A stretch of 64,000 bases of DNA, from the IMG/VR virus record IMGVR_UViG_3300029827_000121, positions 1 through 64,000 of that record; one strand, 5' to 3'. Every line of letters starts with the position of its first letter. Within the stretch, counting starts at the first letter, position 1. The stretch comes from a virus. Below, piece by piece: positions 1-9,583 of this stretch. The position numbers were made by a program, and so were the translations under genes. Under the pieces are notes generated by a model, which searched no databases, was not told where the DNA came from, and saw only the letters and a list, made by a program, of their open reading frames with translations.

Positions 1-241
1 CTTTGACATCCTTGATTGTTTTCGTCGGTTTATTGAATTTCAATGAATAAAAAACCTTCAATCCGAAATCCATATGTTTTATATAATAAGACCAATTGCC
101 ATAATATATGTATGTATCGGAAATCTTCGCCGCCCAAAACCCGCGAATTCCTCCGCTCTCCTTTTTCCGGTGAATACCGTCATTCGGACATTTATATCTT
201 TTTTTTGGAATTTTCTTCGCTTTACCTTTAATCGTTATCAT
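1..241 (-). CDS. Partial ORF running off the left edge; paralog of the kinase-like protein at 8984-9583
   Basis: Hand translation MITIKGKAKKIPKKRYKCPNDGIHRKKESGGIRGFWAAK...GLKVFYSLKF aligns with MEIKGIAEFIQRAHVPCPKDGVH...IKGSHA...GVQLFYSLSW. Not in the ORF track because it is truncated. Confidence 0.75.
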   Translation of the reverse strand, partial: MITIKGKAKKIPKKRYKCPNDGIHRKKESGGIRGFWAAKISDTYIYYGNWSYYIKHMDFGLKVFYSLKFNKPTKTIKDVK

Positions 242-830
242 TCTTCTCCGCCAATATCAAATAAATACCATTATAATCATGTTTCCCCATAAGATGCAAT
301 TTACTTTTAAACCCATGCTCATCAAGCATTTTCTTTATTCTGCTACTTTCCCATTTCGGCAGAGGATCGAATCCGATTTCATCATGCCCATATTTAAGCG
401 GATCTCCGCTTCTCGTACTGATCGCTACTTTATCACACTTATCAAAAATCGCATTAAGCTTGTTAATTTCCTTTTCATTTAAATGGTGAAGCACATAACA
501 GACAAAAAATAAATCGTAATCCAATGCATCAATATCGATATTTTCAAATTTATCTTTTATAAGTGTAACATCCATTTTCCCTTTGAGCGTATGAAGCGAT
601 TGGTTGTAATAATGTTCATCAAACTCAATACCAATATATTTTTTTATATAATGGTATAAAAGAAAAGCATACATTCCCGCGTTCGCTCCAAGTTCAAGAA
701 CTTTCGCGTTTTTAAAAAATTCAATATGTTGTTCTATCATGGGAAACCTCTTTTTTATTTTCTTCCATTTCTGATATATTTTCCCGGTCCATCTGGAAGA
801 TATTTTTTTATACTCTTTTTTGGCTATCAT
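228..830 (-). CDS. Class I SAM-dependent methyltransferase
   Basis: Motif I VLELGANAG, acidic GIEFD, YVLHHL; paralog of 9204-10331. Confidence 0.85.
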   Translation of the reverse strand: MIAKKEYKKISSRWTGKIYQKWKKIKKRFPMIEQHIEFFKNAKVLELGANAGMYAFLLYHYIKKYIGIEFDEHYYNQSLHTLKGKMDVTLIKDKFENIDIDALDYDLFFVCYVLHHLNEKEINKLNAIFDKCDKVAISTRSGDPLKYGHDEIGFDPLPKWESSRIKKMLDEHGFKSKLHLMGKHDYNGIYLILAEKNDND

Positions 831-1469
831 TTATATTTTATACTTTGTGTTATAGTCTAATTTTTCCATAACGTATTTAAATTCATTACATATTAAATCC
901 GCTTCTTCTTGCATTATTTCCGTTCTAGTACTTATAAGTCGTATACCTCTATTGTAAATTTTATCCTTTTTTTTTCTATAAAAAGCACAAGATATTTTAT
1001 TTTTAATAGCATATTCCTGCATTTTTTTCATAGCTTCAGTTGATGCAAATTTATATATATCGTCTACTGGTTTTTCAATGTTTATATATGTAGAAATATT
1101 TTCAATTGATTTTTTTAGATTTTCTTCCATATCTTCATATTTTATAATAAAAGGTTTTTTATCAATCCAACTCAATACATGACTATCCCATCTTCCATAT
1201 TTGTTGTTGTAAATAAATTCATTTACATTAACATTTTTTTTATAAAATTGATTATAATATCCTTTAAACGATTTAAATACATTTACCGGATTTCTGACTA
1301 TATAAATAATTTTATCGGCTTTAATTCCCATAGAATGTGTTTTTCTTGCAACTTCTCCATCAATATATGTTTTATTTACATTTTCCAATTTATTACCATA
1401 TATTAATGATGTTACAATAAATCTTACCCACAAATTGCCCGATCTTGGAAAAGAAGCGATTAAAATCAT
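831..1469 (-). CDS. Sulfotransferase domain protein
   Basis: 5'-PSB loop ASFPRSGNLW, KTH, 3'-PB IVRNP, KYED. Confidence 0.85.
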   Translation of the reverse strand: MILIASFPRSGNLWVRFIVTSLIYGNKLENVNKTYIDGEVARKTHSMGIKADKIIYIVRNPVNVFKSFKGYYNQFYKKNVNVNEFIYNNKYGRWDSHVLSWIDKKPFIIKYEDMEENLKKSIENISTYINIEKPVDDIYKFASTEAMKKMQEYAIKNKISCAFYRKKKDKIYNRGIRLISTRTEIMQEEADLICNEFKYVMEKLDYNTKYKI

Positions 1470-2113
1470 GTTTTATCCTGACGTTCAATAAAACATAGTC
1501 CCTTGTAAATACTTATCGATTTTATATTTTCTTCCAACCATAATATTTTTTCTTCTATTTTATATTCTTCCGCACGATCTGTTATTTTATACGCCCAATA
1601 ATTCGGCATATCAATTATATCTTTTACAAATTCAATAAAAGTATTTTTTCTCTTATATCCACCACCGAATTTCGGCCAATAAGAAGTATGAATATCTTCT
1701 ACAATATATACACCACCAAAAACAACTCTTTGAAACATACGTAAAAATGTTATTATTTGATCTTCAACCATATGGCTTGCATCATCAATTATTACATCAA
1801 ATTCTACACCTGAATAAATTTTATTTACAACATTAATATCGGTTATATCGCCTACAGTAAATTTAATCCTTTTTTTATCAAATGTTTTTTCCCAATCAAA
1901 TTTATTTTTTATATCAATACCATAAATAGTAGCTATAGGAAAATATTGTGCCCATGCCCGTAATGCACCACCTTTATGTACACCTATTTCAAGAAAATTT
2001 CTAACATCCCATACTTTTGTTTTGAACCAATTTTCATAAATATCCGCATAATGATCATTTTCATTCTTAGCATGCTTCATTGCTTTTTCTTTTTCGAATA
2101 TTTCATCAAGCAT
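1466..2113 (-). CDS. SAM-dependent (sugar O-)methyltransferase, MycE/Methyltransf_24-like
   Basis: FLEIGVHKGG, YGIDI, FDVIIDDASH, GGVYIVEDIHTSYW. Confidence 0.85.
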   Translation of the reverse strand: MLDEIFEKEKAMKHAKNENDHYADIYENWFKTKVWDVRNFLEIGVHKGGALRAWAQYFPIATIYGIDIKNKFDWEKTFDKKRIKFTVGDITDINVVNKIYSGVEFDVIIDDASHMVEDQIITFLRMFQRVVFGGVYIVEDIHTSYWPKFGGGYKRKNTFIEFVKDIIDMPNYWAYKITDRAEEYKIEEKILWLEENIKSISIYKGLCFIERQDKT

Positions 2114-3047
2114 TCAATACCTCTTCGAACACATTTTTATATTGTTTTGCAATGGTTTTTATATCCAATTTCCAAACCACCTTTTTATCAAAATTATATA
2201 AAACATCCAATAATGCATCTACTACAACGTTTATATTTACTTTTGGCGGATTGTCAGTTTTCAAATATTTATATTTTGGTTCAGGATCAACAAAAACTAT
2301 ACGACTGTTATTTTCAAGTAGTTCTTTTGTGCCGCAACAATTATTACATACCACAGGTAATCCGGCACATAAACCCTCTACCACCGCATTTGGACACCAA
2401 TCGTTATAAGAAAGATTTAACATCGCATCTGAAGAAGATAAATATTTACACAATTTTTTTTCTTTTAAATGTCCAAGGAATTTTATACCTCTTTCCGATA
2501 AATCCTTATTATATCTACCAGCAACCCAAAAATACACATTTTCTCGCTTTCTTGTTTCTCTCGCGACCGCCAAACAATCTTTAAGACGTTTCCATGGCCT
2601 ATCTTTCCAACGCGCAGACATTATAACATGATATCTGCAAATTCTTTTTACATATTCAGAATTATAATCTCTAGGTTCAGCACCGTTAAAAACAACAAAT
2701 TCTTTTTTAGGTTTAACTTTCATAATTTCAGATATCATGTTTTTACAAAATTCGGATTGCCATATAACGGCATCCGATTGTTTTATCGCATTTTTTGTCA
2801 AATTATTTTTCCAAAAAGTATTTTTATTTTTCCATAAATAAACACCATCAACCCTTAAAACTTTTGGTATTTTAACCTTTCCTCGCCAATATCTAATTCC
2901 TAAAGCAATATCGGCCTTTTTCATATTAAAAGAACATTTTACACCGAGGTCTTCAAGATGAGGAATTAATTTGGTTAAAAATTTTCCCTTACCAGAATCT
3001 TTTATTTTATAATTAATATAAAGTTTCAAAATGCACACTCCAAACAA
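2106..3047 (-). CDS. Glycosyltransferase family 4 (GT-B)
   Basis: VFNG, DWCPNAVVEGLCAGLPVV (D/E-x7-E motif); paralog of 7884-8846. Start may be about 18 nt further in. Confidence 0.85.
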   Translation of the reverse strand: MFGVCILKLYINYKIKDSGKGKFLTKLIPHLEDLGVKCSFNMKKADIALGIRYWRGKVKIPKVLRVDGVYLWKNKNTFWKNNLTKNAIKQSDAVIWQSEFCKNMISEIMKVKPKKEFVVFNGAEPRDYNSEYVKRICRYHVIMSARWKDRPWKRLKDCLAVARETRKRENVYFWVAGRYNKDLSERGIKFLGHLKEKKLCKYLSSSDAMLNLSYNDWCPNAVVEGLCAGLPVVCNNCCGTKELLENNSRIVFVDPEPKYKYLKTDNPPKVNINVVVDALLDVLYNFDKKVVWKLDIKTIAKQYKNVFEEVLNA

Positions 3048-3808
3048 ACACCCTCTCGTTTATAATCCATTATTTTCCTTAATACTCGTTTACGCTTTAT
3101 TATTTGGCTTGCTTCATTTTTTAACAAACTACCAATATAAATAGCATCCGGATAAACACAACATGGTCCGACATATCCTTTACAATTAATATATAAATTA
3201 TCTTTTTTCATATATCGACATGAACCTTTTGTTTTATCTGCAATTTTTCCACTTGGATTTTCAATTGATCGAGGAAAAGGATGCCATGTACGAAATTCCC
3301 GCTTCCATCCTCGCGCTATCCCGTTCCACCATTTTTTACCTTTTTTTGTCTTTACTATTCCTCTCATGATATGTTTCGAATAAGGTGTAACTTTTCGAGC
3401 GTTTTCAAGAAACCAAATTAATTTTTCAAATCTAGCACCTTTTCGTATACGTTCATAATCATTTTTGTTTTCACCGTCACAACTTACCACTAATGAATCA
3501 ATATTACATTCTTTCAACTGTTTAATTGCTTTTTCGTCACATTGTCCACTTGTTGATATTTCAATCATATTTGCCTTATTCCATTGATTTATAATATTAA
3601 CCATTTTAGACAATTGTGGATGAAGTAAAGGTTCACCAAAGTTATATAATCTAAGAATATTAATTTTTATATCTATATTTTTAAGACAATTTATCAATAT
3701 TTCTGGAGTCATGAAATCAACATTTTTTTTTATAGTAGAATTAGGACAACCAATACAACGCAAATAACACCCATCCACTATATCAATACTCAATTTATCG
3801 ATTATCAT
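3026..3808 (-). CDS. Radical SAM protein with SPASM/twitch domain
   Basis: CYLRCIGC (CX3CX2C), NFGEPLLHP, C-terminal C...GYVGPCC...IGSL...CLEC. Confidence 0.85.
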   Translation of the reverse strand: MIIDKLSIDIVDGCYLRCIGCPNSTIKKNVDFMTPEILINCLKNIDIKINILRLYNFGEPLLHPQLSKMVNIINQWNKANMIEISTSGQCDEKAIKQLKECNIDSLVVSCDGENKNDYERIRKGARFEKLIWFLENARKVTPYSKHIMRGIVKTKKGKKWWNGIARGWKREFRTWHPFPRSIENPSGKIADKTKGSCRYMKKDNLYINCKGYVGPCCVYPDAIYIGSLLKNEASQIIKRKRVLRKIMDYKREGVCLECAF

Positions 3809-4521
3809 AATTTTTCTTTATATCTTCCATCCATATAACATGCTCGACACAAATCAAAATATCTATCTCCACTGCTTAATTTTTTATAAGCATCTCTCAT
3901 TTCTTTTTTCAAAAGTATGTTTTCCAGATCTTCTTTAATAACATTGCCGAATATGTGTTTATTATCCCAATCTCGACAACATAAAACCACATCTCCGGTA
4001 CATCGAATAACTACTTCACCCAAAGGAGCATAACATTGAACATTTCTTGGCTTATCCGAACAATTATATTCATTTAATCTGTCGTCAAGATCAACAATTT
4101 TTCTTACTCTATATTTTAATTTAGATGATTTTAATTTACTCAATCTGTCATAATCATGATAACTATATGCGGAAACATATACTTTTTTAACTCCAAACAG
4201 TTCAAGTTCGTTCAATATGGTTTTATCCAACCAATGTCCATTAGTTAATATAAATATACTGGCGTTTTTACATTTATTTTTAGTATAATCAAGTAAATAA
4301 AATAAACGCGGATCTTGCAACGATTCATTATAATTATGAAATGCTATAAATTTACCATAATCATTTTTTCCAAGCCATTTAACAATATTTTTAACTGTTT
4401 TTAATGGTAAAAATATTGGCGGTTTATGTCCGTGCAAAGGACATTTCGTATGAAACAATGCCATGTCACATCGATTTGACAATTCAATCGTTACACGACC
4501 GGTACGATTTAACGCATTCAA
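3805..4521 (-). CDS. Radical SAM/SPASM-like protein with non-canonical cluster motif
   Basis: IELSNRCDMALFHTKCP, NESLQDP, TNG, GDVVLCCRD...FGNV...CRAC. Confidence 0.75.
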   Translation of the reverse strand: MNALNRTGRVTIELSNRCDMALFHTKCPLHGHKPPIFLPLKTVKNIVKWLGKNDYGKFIAFHNYNESLQDPRLFYLLDYTKNKCKNASIFILTNGHWLDKTILNELELFGVKKVYVSAYSYHDYDRLSKLKSSKLKYRVRKIVDLDDRLNEYNCSDKPRNVQCYAPLGEVVIRCTGDVVLCCRDWDNKHIFGNVIKEDLENILLKKEMRDAYKKLSSGDRYFDLCRACYMDGRYKEKL

Positions 4522-4546
4522 ATTGTTTTACCAATCACATACTTGT

Positions 4547-5017
4547 TTATACACATATCGCTAAAACACCACAAAACTCAACTTTTTTAAATGTTGTTTT
4601 CAATACATCACGGTATTCATGCATATCATGAATCGCTACAAAAGGAACTATTTTTCGACATTTTTTTGCCAATTTTATCGCTTCCAATCTTTTAGGACCG
4701 TCTATAATAACGGCAGTATTTGGAGTCAAATATTTTAACTTAAGATTCCCCAATTTAAATCTTATATTTTCAGCATAATTTTTTTTCGGTATTGCCGAAT
4801 ATCGTTTATTCCGTATTTCGAATGAATATATTTTATAATTAGGATAAATCAATGAAAGCCGTTTTGCGGTCACCCCTTTATATGTTCCTGATTCAACAAT
4901 TCTGTTTATTTCAAACTGTTTCATAAAATTACAAAACGCCTCTAATTCATAAGGCGCAATTGATTTATCATGAGGGCAATTGATATAATCATCTGTCAAA
5001 CAATTTAAATTATTCAT
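4547..5017 (-). CDS. Putative methyltransferase (Methyltransf_24-like)
   Basis: IVESGTYKG, YSFE, IIDGPK, IHD. Confidence 0.6.
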   Translation of the reverse strand: MNNLNCLTDDYINCPHDKSIAPYELEAFCNFMKQFEINRIVESGTYKGVTAKRLSLIYPNYKIYSFEIRNKRYSAIPKKNYAENIRFKLGNLKLKYLTPNTAVIIDGPKRLEAIKLAKKCRKIVPFVAIHDMHEYRDVLKTTFKKVEFCGVLAICV

Positions 5018-5745
5018 ATCGTTTCACCGATTTTTTCTTTTGCCATTTTAAGATATTTATTAAACTCATTTTCAAAAATACTACTTAATTGCTTTTTATA
5101 TGGATGCCATATAACATCATCTTGTAAAAATTTATTATTATTAAATTTAATTTGCAATGGAACAAGGTTTATTTCTTTTTTATATTTTAAATACGACAAA
5201 TAAAGTTGATGTTGATCTGCATACCAATAATGATGCTTTTTTAATTTATTATATAAACGATGAACTAATTTTTTAGTCGCATCCGAATATCCTAAAACAT
5301 AAACACCATCCTGAAATTTTCTATATTCTTTTTGATGCGGTCGATACAATACTTTTAACGTTGTCGGCTTAATATTTTTCCATATTTCATCAAGATTTGA
5401 ACGAACAATTATATCAGGATCACACCACATAAGAGGTTTGCTATTTTTCGATATTTCTAAATTGAGAAGTTCGCCGCGTATATGGCTTGCCGCAGCACCG
5501 TTTTTTACGGAATGCCATGGGATTATTTTTGCTTTTGAATTTATTTTTTCCAAATTCATGTCCTCAAATCCCAATAAATAAACATGAATTTCCTGTTCAG
5601 AAGAATTAATTGCCATTGACATTAACATTGCCTTTGCATAATCAGCATATGTTAATATTCCAAATTCACTTTTTTTCCTTGATATTGAATTGTTAAATCC
5701 AGTAATTGCAATACCATTCATATTTTTCTCCATATTCCAATACAT
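5014..5745 (-). CDS. Putative nucleotide-diphospho-sugar transferase (GT-A fold)
   Basis: DxD motif WCDPDIIV, QDGV, ADQ..LY, IWH. Confidence 0.6.
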   Translation of the reverse strand: MYWNMEKNMNGIAITGFNNSISRKKSEFGILTYADYAKAMLMSMAINSSEQEIHVYLLGFEDMNLEKINSKAKIIPWHSVKNGAAASHIRGELLNLEISKNSKPLMWCDPDIIVRSNLDEIWKNIKPTTLKVLYRPHQKEYRKFQDGVYVLGYSDATKKLVHRLYNKLKKHHYWYADQHQLYLSYLKYKKEINLVPLQIKFNNNKFLQDDVIWHPYKKQLSSIFENEFNKYLKMAKEKIGETI

Positions 5746-6281
5746 GTTTTATATTTTTTCTTGTTTATAGGGTCCGATTTAAAAATATTAAATCGTAAAC
5801 AATATAATTTATTAAAAGCATTTATTATGTTATCTTCAGTATATAAATATTTATGATTTTTGTTTAACTGTTTTTTATTCCTAAGATTTAAATGAAGAAC
5901 AAAATAACCGTTAACGTCAAGATGCGAAATTATTTGTCTTGCAGCAAAAACTAAATTGTCGCAATAATTAATACTGTCAACACATACAATTAAATCAACT
6001 TTTTCTGTATAATTGAATTTCTCAAAAGTTCCTATTACTTTTAAAATATCTTCTGGTAAATCAATATATTCTTTATATAAATCCCATAAAGGATCAATAC
6101 CAATCATTTTTGAAAATTTTATAGCAGAAAATATTCCACCATATGCACCGCATCCGATATCTATAACATTTGATATATTTTTAAATTCAGCAATCCCAAG
6201 TTTTTTAACCATTAATTTGTTGCGCTTAAAAAACCATTTTTTTTTATTTTTGAGCCAATATTTTAACATAAAATTATTCAT
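5718..6281 (-). CDS. Class I SAM-dependent methyltransferase
   Basis: VIDIGCG, GIDP, DLIVCVDSINY. Confidence 0.75.
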   Translation of the reverse strand: MNNFMLKYWLKNKKKWFFKRNKLMVKKLGIAEFKNISNVIDIGCGAYGGIFSAIKFSKMIGIDPLWDLYKEYIDLPEDILKVIGTFEKFNYTEKVDLIVCVDSINYCDNLVFAARQIISHLDVNGYFVLHLNLRNKKQLNKNHKYLYTEDNIINAFNKLYCLRFNIFKSDPINKKKYKTCIGIWRKI

Positions 6282-6312
6282 AATCTATTCTTATTTTATT
6301 TATTTATATATG

Positions 6313-6624
6313 CTATTCAATTAAATATGATTTTGATAATCGTTTTCTTAAACATTTTTCACGTTCTTTACCTTCAACAGTTTCCCACCATTCTTTATCA
6401 TATTCCTTATTATATTCCAAAAGTTTATAAGACATTTTTTTTGCCATACGCTCAATTTCAGCAAGCATTTTACGAACTTTTCTATCATGTTTTGTTTTTC
6501 CTTGATGAAGATCGTTTACTTCACGAAGAACTTCGCATAATGTCCTCATTTTTGTTGCTCTTCGTAACGACATTTTATATCCTTTAAATAGGAAAATTGG
6601 TATTTTCTCTCGTGATTCCCTCAC
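6313..6624 (-). CDS. Hypothetical basic protein
   Basis: Fills the gap in a tightly packed operon; start possibly at MSLRR. Confidence 0.55.
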   Translation of the reverse strand: MRESREKIPIFLFKGYKMSLRRATKMRTLCEVLREVNDLHQGKTKHDRKVRKMLAEIERMAKKMSYKLLEYNKEYDKEWWETVEGKEREKCLRKRLSKSYLIE

Positions 6625-7336
6625 GTTTTAATTGTATGATACGGTCCTTCTGAATTCGTTTCGTCTCTTTATTCCAAACCGAATTGGCTTTTCTCAATTT
6701 ATGCTTTTCATTTGGATGCTTTCGATAAAATGCCATGGGAGCTTTAAGTTTTTTTGCCTTAACTAATTTGAAAGGAGATTCCGGATGTATACCGAGACGA
6801 ATACTCATCTCTTTATCCTCCCCGGAAATAAGCCCTTCATACCAGCCACCATATTTTTCAAAAACGGTTCTGCGATACATCACCGTTTGCGGATTTACTT
6901 CTGACGGATGAATTCGAAATTTTCTTACTCTGTTTATAGCTTGGGAATATTTTATGTCCCCGCGTATTTCCAATGCTTCACCGAATACCACATCAACATT
7001 CTTATGATTATCAAGATACATTTTTTGAGCCAGTATGCTTCCCGGAACACGCATATCATCCGCATCAAGAAAGGTAATATACGTTCCTTCACTCATTCTC
7101 AATCCCGCGTTTCTCGCTATCGATACTCCCCTGTTCGATCCCAATGATATAAATCTTATAATTTTCTCCGGAAAAGCAAAAGGTCGGCTTATTTTATCTA
7201 TCACCATTTTGATATCATCGGTACTGCCATCATCAACAATGATAATTTCCATATCATTGCATTCGTTTACTACCGATAAGAAAGCCTGTAAAAGATACTG
7301 TGCGTAATTATAAACGGGTATTATAACGCTGATCAT
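6584..7336 (-). CDS. Glycosyltransferase family 2
   Basis: ISVIIPVYN, VDDGSTD, GVSIARNAG, FLDADD, GED. Confidence 0.92.
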   Translation of the reverse strand: MISVIIPVYNYAQYLLQAFLSVVNECNDMEIIIVDDGSTDDIKMVIDKISRPFAFPEKIIRFISLGSNRGVSIARNAGLRMSEGTYITFLDADDMRVPGSILAQKMYLDNHKNVDVVFGEALEIRGDIKYSQAINRVRKFRIHPSEVNPQTVMYRRTVFEKYGGWYEGLISGEDKEMSIRLGIHPESPFKLVKAKKLKAPMAFYRKHPNEKHKLRKANSVWNKETKRIQKDRIIQLKREGITRENTNFPI

Positions 7337-7887
7337 AAATATTTGATTACTTTCGTTTCGAATTTTCCGCCTTTATTCGATCCGGGATATTTATCTTCTA
7401 CCCACAAAATCGATACCTTTTTATATCCAAGAGCGTACATTGCCGCGCATCTGCGTCCTCCATGATATATTTCCGGTCCCATTAACCAATCAGCCATATA
7501 ATTAAATCTCGTAGTCCAGAAAGGCGAAATAAGAATCGCTATCGGCTGCTTTCTATTTAATTTTTCATCAAATCCGTGTTTTTTTATACTCATGAGAATA
7601 TTATAACGTGAATCTAAAATATGTTTTTTTATCGCTTTTTCGGTCCATTTGGTCATTCCGCATTTATATCTATGCCGACGATCTTGCGCGAATCTGCAAT
7701 CTTTCAATTTCGACCAATCCCTTCCATATTTTAAAAGCAATTTCGCGCATTCCACTTGCGGACTATGCGGCAAACTCATATCATAATTCCAAATATCCAT
7801 ATTCGTAAACTCGGGAACGAATTGATATTTTAATTTTCTCAAATCAATTTTTTCAAATTTCTTGCTTAAATATTTGATTTCACTCAT
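7333..7887 (-). CDS. ParB/Sulfiredoxin N-terminal-like protein
   Basis: SIKKHGF...QPIAI...EIYHGGRRCAAMYALG resembles the ParB/Srx GxxR..A..LG motif. Confidence 0.5.
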   Translation of the reverse strand: MSEIKYLSKKFEKIDLRKLKYQFVPEFTNMDIWNYDMSLPHSPQVECAKLLLKYGRDWSKLKDCRFAQDRRHRYKCGMTKWTEKAIKKHILDSRYNILMSIKKHGFDEKLNRKQPIAILISPFWTTRFNYMADWLMGPEIYHGGRRCAAMYALGYKKVSILWVEDKYPGSNKGGKFETKVIKYL

Positions 7888-8846
7888 AATATTTTTTCAA
7901 AATATTTTAAATACTGTTTTGCGATATTTTCAATATGAAGATACTTTGCATTCAATCCGAATAATTCATGAGCATATCTTTTCATCGCAACCGATAACAT
8001 CCATATCAATTCATCCGATTGCGGTGGTTTATCCAGATTAACCGGTTTATATTTGAATTTCGGATCATGCCGCAAAACAGTACAAGCATTATAAATAGTA
8101 TTATCTATTTCCAATAATTCATGCGTTCCCCCCTGATCGGTACAGATAACCGGCAATCCCGCGACAAGGGCTTCCACTACGCTGTTCGGGCATGCATCAA
8201 TCCAAGTAATATGAATCATCGCATTACATGCTTTATAAAATCCCGATAAAACTTCATCGCTTACCGGCCCGGTAAATAATATATTATTATGACCGTTATA
8301 TTTTTTATCAATCCCCAAAGTATCCCCACAAACGATTAAACGATTTTCATCGCTTTCAATTTCAAGAAAAGATTGAATAATCGTTTTAAGCCTTTTCTGT
8401 TTCAGCCATACTCTCGTACTCGCCAGAAAATTGTTTTTGAAATGACTGTCAAACGGTTCAACATCATAATCACGAGGATTGGCACCGTTGAATATTACCA
8501 TTTCCGGCTTATTTGGCTTGCAAATAAGATTATGATATACCTTCTTTGAATATCGCGATTGATAAATCACGGCATCGGCTTTCTTTACTGATTGCGCTTT
8601 CTCGTGATTTATTTTTTTCCAATTCATATTGGTATTAATACAGGCGGGACCGACACGCAATACATGCTTTTTCGCCTTTGATTCATAATTCATTCTTCCA
8701 ATATGAAGCGCGATATCGGCTTTTGCTTTCGAATCTTCAGTTACTTTAATTCCCATTTCACGCCATGAATTAACCAACCGTGCCGCGAATTTACCCTTAC
8801 CGGTTTTTCCTCTTGCGAAATAATTTTTGTTTACATGGATGAGCAT
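7884..8846 (-). CDS. Glycosyltransferase family 4 (GT-B)
   Basis: IFNG, DACPNSVVEALVAGLPV; paralog of 2106-3047. Confidence 0.88.
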   Translation of the reverse strand: MLIHVNKNYFARGKTGKGKFAARLVNSWREMGIKVTEDSKAKADIALHIGRMNYESKAKKHVLRVGPACINTNMNWKKINHEKAQSVKKADAVIYQSRYSKKVYHNLICKPNKPEMVIFNGANPRDYDVEPFDSHFKNNFLASTRVWLKQKRLKTIIQSFLEIESDENRLIVCGDTLGIDKKYNGHNNILFTGPVSDEVLSGFYKACNAMIHITWIDACPNSVVEALVAGLPVICTDQGGTHELLEIDNTIYNACTVLRHDPKFKYKPVNLDKPPQSDELIWMLSVAMKRYAHELFGLNAKYLHIENIAKQYLKYFEKIL

Positions 8847-8983
8847 TTTATTTCCAAATTCATATTATTTATCATAAAATAGCTGCCATGCCAATTAACC
8901 GTTGAACCGATACCACGGTTGCTCAACTTCTGCCACGTTCGCATACATTAAGGACGGCATAAGGCATGGCAACTTTTATATTA

Positions 8984-9583
8984 TTAATCAATATCCACCA
9001 AATACCACCGTTTTTTCGTACAACTCCACATCACATCCCCGATTTTATAACTCCCTTCGATCGAAACACCATTAGTATGCTGTTTTCTTTTCGCCCATTT
9101 TACGAATTTTAAATACCCCTCCGGTGAATGATCCGGATGATCAACCGCTTTCCAATCATACGGATAACCGCAAACATAATCCCACCATGCTTTTTCCGGC
9201 GCATCAACATGTTGCGTCTTTATCCCCAACGCCGTCGTTTTGTGGCGCGTCCTTTTGTATAACAGGTTTACTTCTACTTCCACTATTTTTTCTGGTCGTG
9301 GAGCGACGCCGAGGTCGTGGAGTTTTTTCCACTTTTTGAATATCTTTATCACGTACCGTTTCTTCTGTGCTTTCTTCCACGACAGACTGTAAAACAATTG
9401 AACGCCGACTTTCTGGCTTTTTTGGTAATACAGTTTCACTCTTCCCTTCGGAATCAACTTCTCGTTCAACAGTATCGCATGGCTCCCCTTTATCCGGTTG
9501 TTCGCTCCCACCTGATGCACTCCGTCCTTCGGGCACGGCACATGCGCTCTCTGAATGAATTCCGCTATCCCCTTTATCTCCAT
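8984..9583 (-). CDS. Atypical kinase-fold protein (Kdo/WaaP/RIO-like, divergent)
   Basis: KKLHDLGVAPRP, GIKTQHV, GSYKIGDV..., terminal YLVDID; RBS GAGGAG upstream. Confidence 0.45.
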   Translation of the reverse strand: MEIKGIAEFIQRAHVPCPKDGVHQVGANNRIKGSHAILLNEKLIPKGRVKLYYQKSQKVGVQLFYSLSWKKAQKKRYVIKIFKKWKKLHDLGVAPRPEKIVEVEVNLLYKRTRHKTTALGIKTQHVDAPEKAWWDYVCGYPYDWKAVDHPDHSPEGYLKFVKWAKRKQHTNGVSIEGSYKIGDVMWSCTKKRWYLVDID

